From positions 480,001-512,000 of the forward strand of contig NC_021219.1 in NCBI RefSeq assembly GCF_000392435.1: DNA of 32,000 nt. Reading direction: 5' to 3'. Below the pieces are notes generated by a model, which did not search any database, had not been told where the DNA came from, and saw only the letters and a program-made list of their open reading frames with translations. A program made the position numbers and the translations under genes. The stretch comes from Candidatus Saccharimonas aalborgensis. Lineage in GTDB: Bacteria > Patescibacteriota > Saccharimonadia > Saccharimonadales > Saccharimonadaceae. Of this stretch, positions 14,283 through 23,389 are shown one piece after another (position 1 is the stretch's first letter; each line of letters begins with the position of its first letter).

Positions 14283-17200
14283 ACCCCACTCCTCCTGGAA
14301 TATCTTTCCATTTTAGTAATTGTAGCTGTCTGGTGGACTGAGTGGCAAGTTTTATTTGGGTGATAGTATCGGGTTTGTAAGTAATACAGATGCTGGAGCT
14401 AGGGTTGTCTTTGGTATGTTTTTTAGCGGAGATATAGGGGATAGGAATGTTCATACTATCTTGTACTATAGCAAGTTTACTAACTACGGGGCTATAGCCA
14501 ACATCTTTACTCGTAGCTAATAGGTTCCATGCTTGGATGGGCTGGATGGCTTTGTCCGGCGTATTAGCTGGGGTGCCGGTAGGAGAATAGTCAGTGATAC
14601 CCAGTTGGGCTTCAGCGGCGTAGAAGTTGCGGAAAAGGTAGATGCGGGTGGGGTCTTCACCCTTCAAGGCATCGCCGTTACGCGCCTGATAGAGTAGCTG
14701 GGCATTATCGGGCTGACCGTCGTGATCGGCGTCAGCAGTGGCGGGTTCAGAGCGGCAGTGGTTGGCGCTGCCCGTCAGACTTTGGGCAGTGAGCGTAAGG
14801 GTACGGACTTCACCCGGCAGGACTTTGCTGAGTGAAGTAGGTTTGTACTCTACGCAGCCGTAGTCGCCAGCACGAAGATAGATACTAGGGATGATGGGAC
14901 TAGCTGATGCAGTAGTGGCCACCGGATCATAGTTACTGATGGTGAAATTAGCATACGGTGCAGTATCTGGGATGCTCTTAGGAGCAGCGAGACTGTACGT
15001 CCTGCCACTACTCGCACCAACGATAGCCCAACCGTCACCATCAGGATCATTGTCACCGCTCACACCAGTAAGTGTAGTGGCGTTGACTCTACGTTCGAGA
15101 TAGAGATAGTTGTCTTTTTCGGGAGCACCAGCGTAGATTCGTGCAGGATCGCCGAGACGGACGCGGTACGGAGCTTCAGGCACGTTTACCTCTGGGTCAC
15201 AAGCGTCGTCTATGCCATCGTGGTCGGCATCGATATTGAGCGGTGTGATATAGGCACACTTATCTACAGAGTCGTCGATACCATCCTCGTCGATGTCATT
15301 CGGGTTGGGTCCACGCACCTCGACAGTTTGGTACAATTCGAGCGGCTTACCATCTGCTCCAATACCCCTCATGACGAGCGTGTGGTAGCCGGCCGGGACT
15401 GATGATGGGATGGTGATTTGAGCTGATGCGGTGCCATCGGACGCAGCAGTAACCTGCCCAAGTGAAGTCGGGTCAGAGTAGAGGGTGATATCGACTTTTG
15501 TTTCAGATGCAAATTTGTATTTTCCTGAATTTACGTTTAGAGTTTCTGTCATTTTGACTAATGTACCGTTCGTGAGTGTATAGTAATGGATTTCTGTATC
15601 ATCCGGAGGCACTCCCTCAGTAAAGTACGGCGGCACGACAGCGTCAGCAGCAGTGATGGAGCTATCTGGGCAAATTTTCACCGATGCATCACTACACGTC
15701 TGGTAGTCGAGGAGACTCTGTCCGCCCACTGCATCCCAGACTGCATTTGCTATATCGACATGTCCGAAATGATTTGGGTGAAAGCCTTCTTGCTGTTCAT
15801 TGCCATTTGCGCCAAAAATATTAGTTATTGCGGTTACATGTTGAGAGTCCACGTCGCAAAGTCGGTGGTTGCCAAACGCATTTTCTATATTAATATATTT
15901 TACTCCGGCTTTTTTGGCAGCTTGTTCGATGATGTTATTCATGTAGATGATAGAGTTGTTGATGAATTCACGTTCAGAAGAGTCAAGGTTGAAGGTATTT
16001 GTGCATTTTGCATAAGGGTTACCGTTGATAAAGATTGGGTAGCCCAACACATATACCTTGGCTTTGTTAACAGAAGCTGCACTCAGCTCAGAGTAAAGGC
16101 TACTCAGGTTTTCAAATTGTCCAATGAGTTCGTTCTTCATCTTTTCGCGCCATTGCGTAGTTGCGTAATCACAGGTTTCTATCTTTCTTACACATATATT
16201 TATTTTTCCTCCGAAATCCACATCATTTCCACCCATAGTCAGCGTGATCACCTTTGGCTGATACTTCTTCACAAATTCAATTTGTTTTTGCCTACCAGGT
16301 ATAAATTCATTGAGGGCTTGTGCTTTGAGCGCTCCATAGTCATAGCCTTTGAGCCTACCACCCTGCCCTATATAGTCATCTACTCCCTGTTCTTTGACAT
16401 CCCAGGCCGTCGCACCAGAGCAAGCGATCGACTGCCATTTTGTAGGAAGCGTGTTGTAGGGACTACCTAGCTCCATACCCGTTGCAAGCATATAGGGGTA
16501 CGACCTCGTGCTTATATGACACTTTTCAACCGGCCGATTTAGTATTAGATCGCCTCCTACAACGCTATAGCCGTTGTCATCAGTGTGGTTTCGGTAGTAT
16601 TTTAGATTACCATTTGGCTGTAGCTCTGTATCTCCCTCGCCGCTACTATACGAATCACCGAGCGCCAGATAATCAAGGCGGTCGTCGACATGTCCTGGAG
16701 CGTAGAGAGTGACCGTACGCTGCACTGAAGCCCCGCCGTGATAGCCAAATTGCAGTTCACTACCCGTTTCATCAAAATGGAAGTCATCAGTCCGAGGATA
16801 CCAGGCATCAGGACCTTGAATGAGGCCATAATCCGATTGCGAATAGAGTTTGTACGGACAGGTGTCGTAGCCGTTCATCGGCCCTTGCGGTTCGGTCGGA
16901 CCCAAACAACTATCGGTGATATGCCAAAACTTCAAGTCCGTAGAACCGCCCGCGACCACCGTACTCCCATCATCACTGACACCCAATGCAGCAACTGGAT
17001 AACCACTATATATGGAGGAATAGGGCGAAGCACCAAAGACTCTGTTTTCTTTTGTCTCCATGTCGTAGCGGATAAGTTTGCCTGGAACACCATACGAATC
17101 ACCGGCATTATAGACGACATAGCGGCCATTACGGGAAATGCCGTAGCGCGTGATCCCCTGTTGTACCCCAGCTGCGGGGAAATCTCGCTCAGCAAGATTG

Positions 17201-17679
17201 AGCGAGTAGATACGATGTGTATCCCATGATGGATGTGAATCGAGATGTGCCAGGATATTGTAGACGATATACAATTCACTGTTGATATCCATAACCACAC
17301 GTGTCGTACCTGGTATGAGACTCATGTGGCCGTAAAATTGAAGTGCAACAAACGTCCCGCTCGTCGGTGTCGCTATGTAGTAACGCCCCGAGGAAATGCT
17401 ATGAGCAATCTGTACACCATCACCCGCTGTCACGCAGGCCTCTATCTGCTTTAGTTCATCAGTATCGTATTCTTTATAGTCAATTGTCGTATCATTACAA
17501 TCAACGACACGCTCTTGCTGGCTAGCGGGGCGCTCGACAGCTGAAGCGACGGTGAATTTGCCTTGGGCCCAATCTATTTCCGCAGCATATACCGACATCG
17601 AGAACACTGCCACAAGCAAAAATACAGCCATCACTCCCGCAAATGCTTTTAGTCTCCCAGTAGGTATCTGTCTGAACAT
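14275..17679 (-). CDS. Large secreted multidomain SGNH/GDSL hydrolase (lipase/esterase-like) with calcium-binding TSP3-like repeats
   Basis: Signal peptide (AFAGVMAVFLLVAVFSMSVYA|AE). SGNH blocks are LALGDSYSSGEG (I), IACSGAT (II), TMGGNDVDF (III) and EGFHPNHFGH (V). Asp-rich repeats: DIDEDGIDDSVD, DADHDGIDDACD, DNDPDGDGW, DADHDGQPDN. The ATG at 17679 is preferred over the GTG at 17682. Confidence 0.85.
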   Translation of the reverse strand: MFRQIPTGRLKAFAGVMAVFLLVAVFSMSVYAAEIDWAQGKFTVASAVERPASQQERVVDCNDTTIDYKEYDTDELKQIEACVTAGDGVQIAHSISSGRYYIATPTSGTFVALQFYGHMSLIPGTTRVVMDINSELYIVYNILAHLDSHPSWDTHRIYSLNLAERDFPAAGVQQGITRYGISRNGRYVVYNAGDSYGVPGKLIRYDMETKENRVFGASPYSSIYSGYPVAALGVSDDGSTVVAGGSTDLKFWHITDSCLGPTEPQGPMNGYDTCPYKLYSQSDYGLIQGPDAWYPRTDDFHFDETGSELQFGYHGGASVQRTVTLYAPGHVDDRLDYLALGDSYSSGEGDTELQPNGNLKYYRNHTDDNGYSVVGGDLILNRPVEKCHISTRSYPYMLATGMELGSPYNTLPTKWQSIACSGATAWDVKEQGVDDYIGQGGRLKGYDYGALKAQALNEFIPGRQKQIEFVKKYQPKVITLTMGGNDVDFGGKINICVRKIETCDYATTQWREKMKNELIGQFENLSSLYSELSAASVNKAKVYVLGYPIFINGNPYAKCTNTFNLDSSEREFINNSIIYMNNIIEQAAKKAGVKYINIENAFGNHRLCDVDSQHVTAITNIFGANGNEQQEGFHPNHFGHVDIANAVWDAVGGQSLLDYQTCSDASVKICPDSSITAADAVVPPYFTEGVPPDDTEIHYYTLTNGTLVKMTETLNVNSGKYKFASETKVDITLYSDPTSLGQVTAASDGTASAQITIPSSVPAGYHTLVMRGIGADGKPLELYQTVEVRGPNPNDIDEDGIDDSVDKCAYITPLNIDADHDGIDDACDPEVNVPEAPYRVRLGDPARIYAGAPEKDNYLYLERRVNATTLTGVSGDNDPDGDGWAIVGASSGRTYSLAAPKSIPDTAPYANFTISNYDPVATTASASPIIPSIYLRAGDYGCVEYKPTSLSKVLPGEVRTLTLTAQSLTGSANHCRSEPATADADHDGQPDNAQLLYQARNGDALKGEDPTRIYLFRNFYAAEAQLGITDYSPTGTPANTPDKAIQPIQAWNLLATSKDVGYSPVVSKLAIVQDSMNIPIPYISAKKHTKDNPSSSICITYKPDTITQIKLATQSTRQLQLLKWKDIPGGVGCG
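14276..14314 (-). repeat. 39-bp junction element, copy B
   Basis: Identical to 13897-13935 at an offset of 379 bp. It covers the last 12 codons plus stop of the hydrolase and the SD and start of the small ORF. Confidence 0.95.
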
Positions 17680-17738
17680 CACTATGCACCTATACTACCC
17701 CTCGTGTTTATCTCATACAAGTATGCGGTCATAGAAGG

Positions 17739-17744
17739 TATACT
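17739..17744 (+). promoter_or_regulatory. -10-like hexamer TATACT, 6 nt upstream of the ATG at 17751 (leaderless-type arrangement)
   Basis: TATACT-GGATAT-ATG, with no SD. Confidence 0.4.
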
Positions 17745-17750
17745 GGATAT

Positions 17751-18875
17751 ATGAAGCAACCTCCAAAAATCGCTATCGTCTGCGAGTTTCTCAGTGTCAT
17801 GGGAGGCGCCGAAAATGTCGTGCTCGCTATGCACAAGCTTTTTCCCGACGCACCGATCTACACCGCACTGTATGATGCGTCGCGAGTACCGGCCTTTCAA
17901 GACGCAGATGTGCGAACGACGTGGCTACAAAAATTACCGCGATTTCTACGAAAGGCCTATCGCCTCTTTCCGACGCTCGCAGCAAATGCCTTTCGCCGTC
18001 TCGACCTCAGCGACTACGATATCATTCTGACCAGCTCCTATCTCAATGCAAATCAGGTTCAAAAAGCTCGTCCCGATCAAAAAATTATTTCCTATTGCCA
18101 CACACCTGCCCGCTACTACTGGAGTCACTACGAATTGTATAGAAAGAACCCCGCCTACGGACCGCTCAGCCCCTTCATCAAGCTCCTTATGCCGCTCATG
18201 GTTCCTCGTCAGCGCCGACGAGATTACGAAGCCGCGCAGCGCGTTGATGTATTTATCGCCAATTCAACCGAGACACAGCGCCGCATCAAAAAATATTACG
18301 GCCGACCTTCAACTGTCATTTACCCGCCAGTCGAGACTAAGCGTTTTAGTCCCGCGCGCACCCGTGGTGATTACTATGTAACCATGGGTCGCCAGCTGCC
18401 AAACAAGCGCTTTGATCTCGCCGTGAGCGCTTGTACTACATTAGGTGTTCCGCTCAAAGTTTACGGTAATGGCCCAATGCACGACGAGCTCGTCGCATTA
18501 GCGGGACCAACTGTATCGTTTTACACTGATCGCTTTGGTGATGCCTCAGATGCTGCACTCGAAGAAGCGATCAATCATGCAAAGGGATTTATTTTCCCCT
18601 CTGATGAGGACTTTGGTATCGTCACTGTCGAAGCGCTTGCGGCAGGTGCGCCCGTCATCGGCTATCGTAATGGCGGGACACTCGATATCGTCACCGACGG
18701 CGAAACAGGTGTGTTGTTTGATAACCAGACCGTAGAGGACGTCGTCAGCGCCATCAAACGCGCCGACACTATTCACTGGTTCCCAAGCAAACTAAGCCGC
18801 ACAGCGACACGGTTTGACGCAGGACTCTTCGCGACAAAACTGCGCAAAATTGTACTCGATAACTATAAAGGATAA
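17751..18875 (+). CDS. Glycosyltransferase family 4 (GT-B, retaining type)
   Basis: The C-terminal motif FIFPSDEDFGIVTVEALAAGAPVIGYRNGGTLDIVTDGETGVLF is the E-x7-E region typical of GT4. Confidence 0.9.
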   Translation: MKQPPKIAIVCEFLSVMGGAENVVLAMHKLFPDAPIYTALYDASRVPAFQDADVRTTWLQKLPRFLRKAYRLFPTLAANAFRRLDLSDYDIILTSSYLNANQVQKARPDQKIISYCHTPARYYWSHYELYRKNPAYGPLSPFIKLLMPLMVPRQRRRDYEAAQRVDVFIANSTETQRRIKKYYGRPSTVIYPPVETKRFSPARTRGDYYVTMGRQLPNKRFDLAVSACTTLGVPLKVYGNGPMHDELVALAGPTVSFYTDRFGDASDAALEEAINHAKGFIFPSDEDFGIVTVEALAAGAPVIGYRNGGTLDIVTDGETGVLFDNQTVEDVVSAIKRADTIHWFPSKLSRTATRFDAGLFATKLRKIVLDNYKG

Positions 18876-18882
18876 GGAGTCT

Positions 18883-19434
18883 ATGAACGAAATACCATCG
18901 AAAACACCGACAAGCTCGCGAGTTGTGTACCAAAACCCCTGGATCACCATCCACGAAGACCAAACTATTACACCAGATGGTCAGACCGGCATCTATGGCT
19001 ATATGCGGTCGCGCGACTCGGTGATGGTGACGGTACTTGACGAAGACAACCGTGTATTTCTACTAAGAGCCTTTCGCTACCCATCGAACTCTTGGGGGTG
19101 GGAGCTACCGGGCGGGGGTGGTGATGGTGAGCAGTTACTTGATGCATCAAAGCGCGAGCTCGAGGAAGAAACAGGTATTCGTGCCGACTCATGGGAGTTG
19201 CTCGGAACCGATTATGTCTGCAACGGCCTGATGACCGAACGTATGGCAACCTACCTTGCTCGCGGTCACCGAACTGACGGCGAACGTGAGATATCTGATG
19301 AAACCTTTGCCGGCGAGCGTTTTTTTACCCTAGACGAAGTTGACGAATTGATTTTGAATGGAGGAATTAACGATTGTCAGACAATGACTGGTCTCCATCA
19401 TCTTAAGGTCTGGCTCAAACACCAGACGGCATAA
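18883..19434 (+). CDS. Nudix hydrolase (ADP-ribose / nucleotide-sugar pyrophosphatase-like)
   Basis: A perfect Nudix box: G-GGGDG-E-QLLDASK-RELEEETGI (G-x5-E-x7-REUxEExGU). The ATG at 18883 is preceded by an AAGGAG SD, whereas the tracked start at 18814 overlaps the GT4 gene. Confidence 0.85.
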   Translation: MNEIPSKTPTSSRVVYQNPWITIHEDQTITPDGQTGIYGYMRSRDSVMVTVLDEDNRVFLLRAFRYPSNSWGWELPGGGGDGEQLLDASKRELEEETGIRADSWELLGTDYVCNGLMTERMATYLARGHRTDGEREISDETFAGERFFTLDEVDELILNGGINDCQTMTGLHHLKVWLKHQTA

Positions 19435-21261
19435 CTACTCAACCGTAACACTTTTGGCAAGATTTCGCGGCTGGTCGACATCATTTCCCTTGGCAACTGC
19501 CATATAGTAGGCCAGGAGTTGCGAGACAACATTGAATACAAGGGGAGTGAGGAGTGTCAACTTGGTTGACAGCCTAATGACAGTTTCAGCCGCCACCCGC
19601 CGATCAGTGTCAGTGATAGCAATCACATGCGCGCCGCGCGCATTCATCTCGATCAGGTTGCTCTGCGTCTTTTCGTAGAGCCAGTTATCCTGGAGATAAC
19701 ACACTTCAAAGAACCGGTCATCGATCAGCGCGATCGGACCGTGCTTCAGTTCGCCCGCGGCATACCCCTCGGCATGAATATAACTGACTTCCTTGAGCTT
19801 GAGTGCACCCTCAAGAGCGATGGGGAAGAGTGCATCACGACCAACATAGAGGGCATGTTCATAGCTAGCATACTTTTTTGCCACTTTTTTTACGTCACCA
19901 ACTGACTTCTCTATCACTTTCTCAATTTCACTTGGTAGCTGGTCAAGCTCCGTGATGTACTGACTCAACTCTTTAGGATTCACCCCCTTTGCCGAAGCCA
20001 TCATCAGCGCGAATATGACGATCGCTGCCACCTGTGAGGTAAAGGCCTTGGTACTGGCAACACTTATCTCTGCGCCGACATGCACATAGACGCCGCCATC
20101 GACTTCGCGCGCGATGGTACTCCCGACAACATTGACGACACCGAGGCATTTTACTCCGCGTCGCTTCAATTCTTGTAGACAGGCGAGTGTGTCAGCAGTC
20201 TCACCACTTTGACTGACGATCAGCGCAATCGTATTATCTGGAACCGTAAACGATCGATAGCGAAGTTCGCTAGCGATATAGGAGTTTATCGTCACACCGT
20301 CCAAAAACTGCTCGGCGATATACCCCGCCATCAAACCAGCGTAGTAGGCGGTTCCACAGCCTATCACCATGACATTTTTTACCGCACGCAGCTCTTCATT
20401 TGTCATATTGATGCCGCCTAGTTTCGCGGTCATCGTATCAGTATGAACCCGTCCGCTTAGCGTTGAACGGAGGCTCTCTGGCTGTTCATAGATTTCTTTG
20501 AGTAGGAAATGCTTATAGCCTTTCTTTTGGATTGCCTCAAGGTCAAGCTCGAGCGTTTCGATCTGTGACTCGACGGCATGTGCCTCGCTATCATACAGTT
20601 GTACACCGTCACGGGTGCACAGTCCGATCTCGCCATCATGGAGATAAATTACTCTGTCAGTATGCCCAAGTAGTGCGCTAGCATCACTCGCCACAAACAC
20701 CTCGCCCTCACCGACACCCACAATGAGCGGGCTGCCTTTGCGGGCAACGACTAGTTCGTCTGGATTTTTATCACTCACTACACCAATACCATACGCCCCT
20801 ACTACTAGCTGGAGCGCTCCGCTCACCGCCTCAAGTAAATCATGGTTTTTTTGATACAGGGAGTCAATGAGCGCCGTCAGCACTTCGCTGTCAGTATCAC
20901 TCTTGAAGTCATAGCCACGTTTTGACAATGTGTTCTTCAATTCCAAATAGTTCTCGATAATCCCATTATGAACCAGATAGAGGTCTCCGGCATTATGCGG
21001 GTGGGCATTTCGCTTGCTCGGTGCACCGTGAGTTGCCCAGCGAGTATGACCGATACCGACACTATCCCTTGTCCTGTGTTCACGTACTTTTGCCTCAAGC
21101 TCGACAACTTTACCCTTTGCTCTCAGGAGCGTTGGCTTACCGGTCACATCAAGCGTCACAATTCCCGCGCTGTCATACCCACGATACTCGAGCCGTTTGA
21201 GTCCATTAAGGAGTAGCTGCTGAACTGGCTTTTTGCCGATATATCCTACGATTCCGCACAT
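19435..21261 (-). CDS. glmS: Glutamine--fructose-6-phosphate aminotransferase (isomerizing)
   Basis: N-terminal MCGIVGYIG (Ntn Cys), two SIS domains, and a C-terminal ...NLAKSVTVE. At 608 aa it has the canonical length. Confidence 0.97.
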   Translation of the reverse strand: MCGIVGYIGKKPVQQLLLNGLKRLEYRGYDSAGIVTLDVTGKPTLLRAKGKVVELEAKVREHRTRDSVGIGHTRWATHGAPSKRNAHPHNAGDLYLVHNGIIENYLELKNTLSKRGYDFKSDTDSEVLTALIDSLYQKNHDLLEAVSGALQLVVGAYGIGVVSDKNPDELVVARKGSPLIVGVGEGEVFVASDASALLGHTDRVIYLHDGEIGLCTRDGVQLYDSEAHAVESQIETLELDLEAIQKKGYKHFLLKEIYEQPESLRSTLSGRVHTDTMTAKLGGINMTNEELRAVKNVMVIGCGTAYYAGLMAGYIAEQFLDGVTINSYIASELRYRSFTVPDNTIALIVSQSGETADTLACLQELKRRGVKCLGVVNVVGSTIAREVDGGVYVHVGAEISVASTKAFTSQVAAIVIFALMMASAKGVNPKELSQYITELDQLPSEIEKVIEKSVGDVKKVAKKYASYEHALYVGRDALFPIALEGALKLKEVSYIHAEGYAAGELKHGPIALIDDRFFEVCYLQDNWLYEKTQSNLIEMNARGAHVIAITDTDRRVAAETVIRLSTKLTLLTPLVFNVVSQLLAYYMAVAKGNDVDQPRNLAKSVTVE

Positions 21262-21365
21262 GTCATTTGTCCTTTCACGGGTAGTGAGTGTACCGTCTTA
21301 TGCTTTACGTATGATAGCGCAAAATTAATAGAATTACTATAAATGTAGGAATTACAACAAATTGA

Positions 21366-22397
21366 TCAACTAGTCTGTATCTGTTTAGCTACATCACCAA
21401 CGCTGCGTGACTGGCTTTTGTCCACCACGACAATCCCCTCATCGGTCACCACGGCTGCAACATTATTAAGCCCGATCACTGCCACGGGGATGGACGTCAT
21501 ATTGGCGATATAGCTGTTATTCACATTGAAAACCCGAGCCATCCCTCGGATAGTATTTTCATCCGCATCATGTGCCGAAACTGCATAGAGGTCCTGGTAA
21601 TTCCCTATGTCGATCCAGTCAAAGGTGCAGGCGACAACATGTGCGCCTTTCATTTTTTCGGAGAGCACATGGTCCAAGATTGCGCCCTCTTGGTGTGTAT
21701 ATACCTCCTCGATTTCCCCTTCATCCGCCTCTACGATCGCTTGATACTCAGCATAACTCTCGGGACTCTCGCGTTTTATTTCACCCATGATGTACTGCAC
21801 CGTCGACACAAAGTAGCCAGCGTTCCATAGATATTGTCCCGACTCAAACCAGCCATTAGCCGTTTCTTGGTCGGGCTGATATTTCCAGGATTCGATCGCG
21901 TAGACATTGCTGCCATGCTGGTTTCCGCCTTTTTTGATATATCCGAGTTGATTTGATGGATAAGTGGGGATGATACCAAATTGGACTAGTTTTGCACCGC
22001 CTTGTACCGCAGCCTCCGCTTCCTTGACGGTACGTTCAAACGTCTCTGTATCACGGATAAGATGGTCGGACCAAAGGATAAATACTGGTTCGTCATCAGA
22101 GTAGCCATCCCGCAACAGTCGACGAATTCCTAGATAGAGCGCATTCGCCACACCTTTTCGCGCTGGCTCTACCACGATATTATCTGCGATTTCGGGCAGT
22201 TGGCGCTTTGTTTCTTCGGCAATTGGTGCACTCGTCACAACATAGGTGGCCTGCGAAAACTCTCTGACGCGTTCATACGTTTTTCGGAGCAGCGACTTCC
22301 CTGTTGCATCGATGGACAGAAATTGCTTTGGTTTATCAGGGGTACTGAGCGGCCAAAGACGCGTCCCTGATCCGCCGGCGATAATAATAGTGATCAT
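21366..22397 (-). CDS. manC: Mannose-1-phosphate guanylyltransferase-like sugar nucleotidyltransferase
   Basis: The N-terminus IIIAGGSGTRLWPLSTPDKPKQFL is the ManC/GMP signature. The 343-aa protein is a nucleotidyltransferase fold without a C-terminal isomerase cupin domain. Confidence 0.8.
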   Translation of the reverse strand: MITIIIAGGSGTRLWPLSTPDKPKQFLSIDATGKSLLRKTYERVREFSQATYVVTSAPIAEETKRQLPEIADNIVVEPARKGVANALYLGIRRLLRDGYSDDEPVFILWSDHLIRDTETFERTVKEAEAAVQGGAKLVQFGIIPTYPSNQLGYIKKGGNQHGSNVYAIESWKYQPDQETANGWFESGQYLWNAGYFVSTVQYIMGEIKRESPESYAEYQAIVEADEGEIEEVYTHQEGAILDHVLSEKMKGAHVVACTFDWIDIGNYQDLYAVSAHDADENTIRGMARVFNVNNSYIANMTSIPVAVIGLNNVAAVVTDEGIVVVDKSQSRSVGDVAKQIQTS

Positions 22398-22403
22398 ATA
22401 TCT

Positions 22404-22409
22404 ATTATA
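22404..22409 (-). promoter_or_regulatory. -10 hexamer TATAAT, 6 nt upstream of the ATG at 22397 (leaderless-type arrangement)
   Basis: The minus strand reads TATAAT-AGATAT-ATG, with no SD. Confidence 0.45.
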
Positions 22410-22502
22410 GTAGACGATGTAGAAGTTGCCCCCTATTTATTACTCCTATTTCGACATATACTAGTAGGATAATACAATCTATCTGGGTGGTAGGAGGCAA
22501 CA

Positions 22503-22757
22503 ATGAAAAGTCATGAACAACTACTCGCTCAAGCAAGTGATCCGACCCGGGACCATGACTGTCCCTATTTGGAGCACCTACGCTCCCTAACAGAACGAAC
22601 CCAGGGAATGGGCTCGAGAGGCATAGAATTATATCGATTAACCAGCCTCGTTTCACATCTGGAGACCCTGCACCAAGGTGGCAACTGTCCCCCTACCCAC
22701 ATCGATAAATATCCGACAAGCGAGTGGGAAGACTGGCTCGAGCGCAGCGCCGTCTAG
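22503..22757 (+). CDS. Hypothetical small soluble protein (84 aa)
   Basis: An AGGAGG SD lies 5 nt upstream of the ATG. No recognisable motif. Confidence 0.5.
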   Translation: MKSHEQLLAQASDPTRDHDCPYLEHLRSLTERTQGMGSRGIELYRLTSLVSHLETLHQGGNCPPTHIDKYPTSEWEDWLERSAV

Positions 22758-22846
22758 ATAGCAGGGAATTTCATCGCCCACCCTATGCATTTGGAGTGTT
22801 TCGTGTTACTATAAACATAGGCAATATTTAAAATAAATACCCCTGT

Positions 22847-23389
22847 ATGAGAATTCAAAATCGCAATCAAACACGACCCATCCTTGTCTTTTCAGCCATC
22901 GTTGGCATTGTGCTTTTTACATTGCTCGGTGCGTCGTACTATTTTAAGAAATGGCCATTCTCTCCTGCCTCGAGTAGTACTTCCCAGACTAATTCCACTA
23001 TCAACTACACCAAGCCAACAGAGCAGCAGATGACAGCAGGCACACAGGCAAAAGAACAAGCCGCCGCAAACAGCAGCCAGCAGAATACAGACAAAAAGGA
23101 TACTCCTCTGGGGGTTACCCTCACAACCGTCCAGCCCGGCACGGTTGTCTATATTAGAGCAATGATCGACAAAGTAACTACCTCTGCAACCTGCCACCTC
23201 GCAATGGTAGGCCCAGGTCAAAAGACCTACTCTGCCGAAGCCCCTACACAAGCGCTTGCTGGTACGTCGACCTGCCGAGGATTTAACATTCCAATGACCT
23301 CGTTGGCACCAGGGATATGGAAGATTACTGTCTCAGTGACAGACGACGGGACGCTCAGCGGTTCTGCGACCACGGAGAAAGAATTATGA
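22847..23389 (+). CDS. Hypothetical membrane-anchored exported protein
   Basis: N-terminal TM helix (ILVFSAIVGIVLFTLLGASYYF), a Ser/Thr/Gln-rich linker, and a ~85-aa beta-rich C-terminal domain with 2 Cys. The stop overlaps the next start (ATGA). Confidence 0.65.
   Translation: MRIQNRNQTRPILVFSAIVGIVLFTLLGASYYFKKWPFSPASSSTSQTNSTINYTKPTEQQMTAGTQAKEQAAANSSQQNTDKKDTPLGVTLTTVQPGTVVYIRAMIDKVTTSATCHLAMVGPGQKTYSAEAPTQALAGTSTCRGFNIPMTSLAPGIWKITVSVTDDGTLSGSATTEKEL

Noticed and set aside
15586-16470. 294-aa plus-strand ORF, and other long antisense ORFs (197-535, 4180-4875, 9368-9874, 16738-17229, 11326-11655)
   Set aside because: They lie wholly inside, and antisense to, genes with strong motif support. 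Their translations are low-complexity or rich in Cys, Arg and His, and they lack an SD. They are shadow ORFs. The 4180-4875 and 3979-4173 ORFs simply mirror the 109-bp repeat.
21262-21365. Possible glmS ribozyme in the 5' leader of glmS
   Set aside because: The gap to the upstream gene is only 104 nt, too short for the ~170-nt ribozyme. I also see none of its conserved core in the leader. Only an AAAGGA SD is evident.
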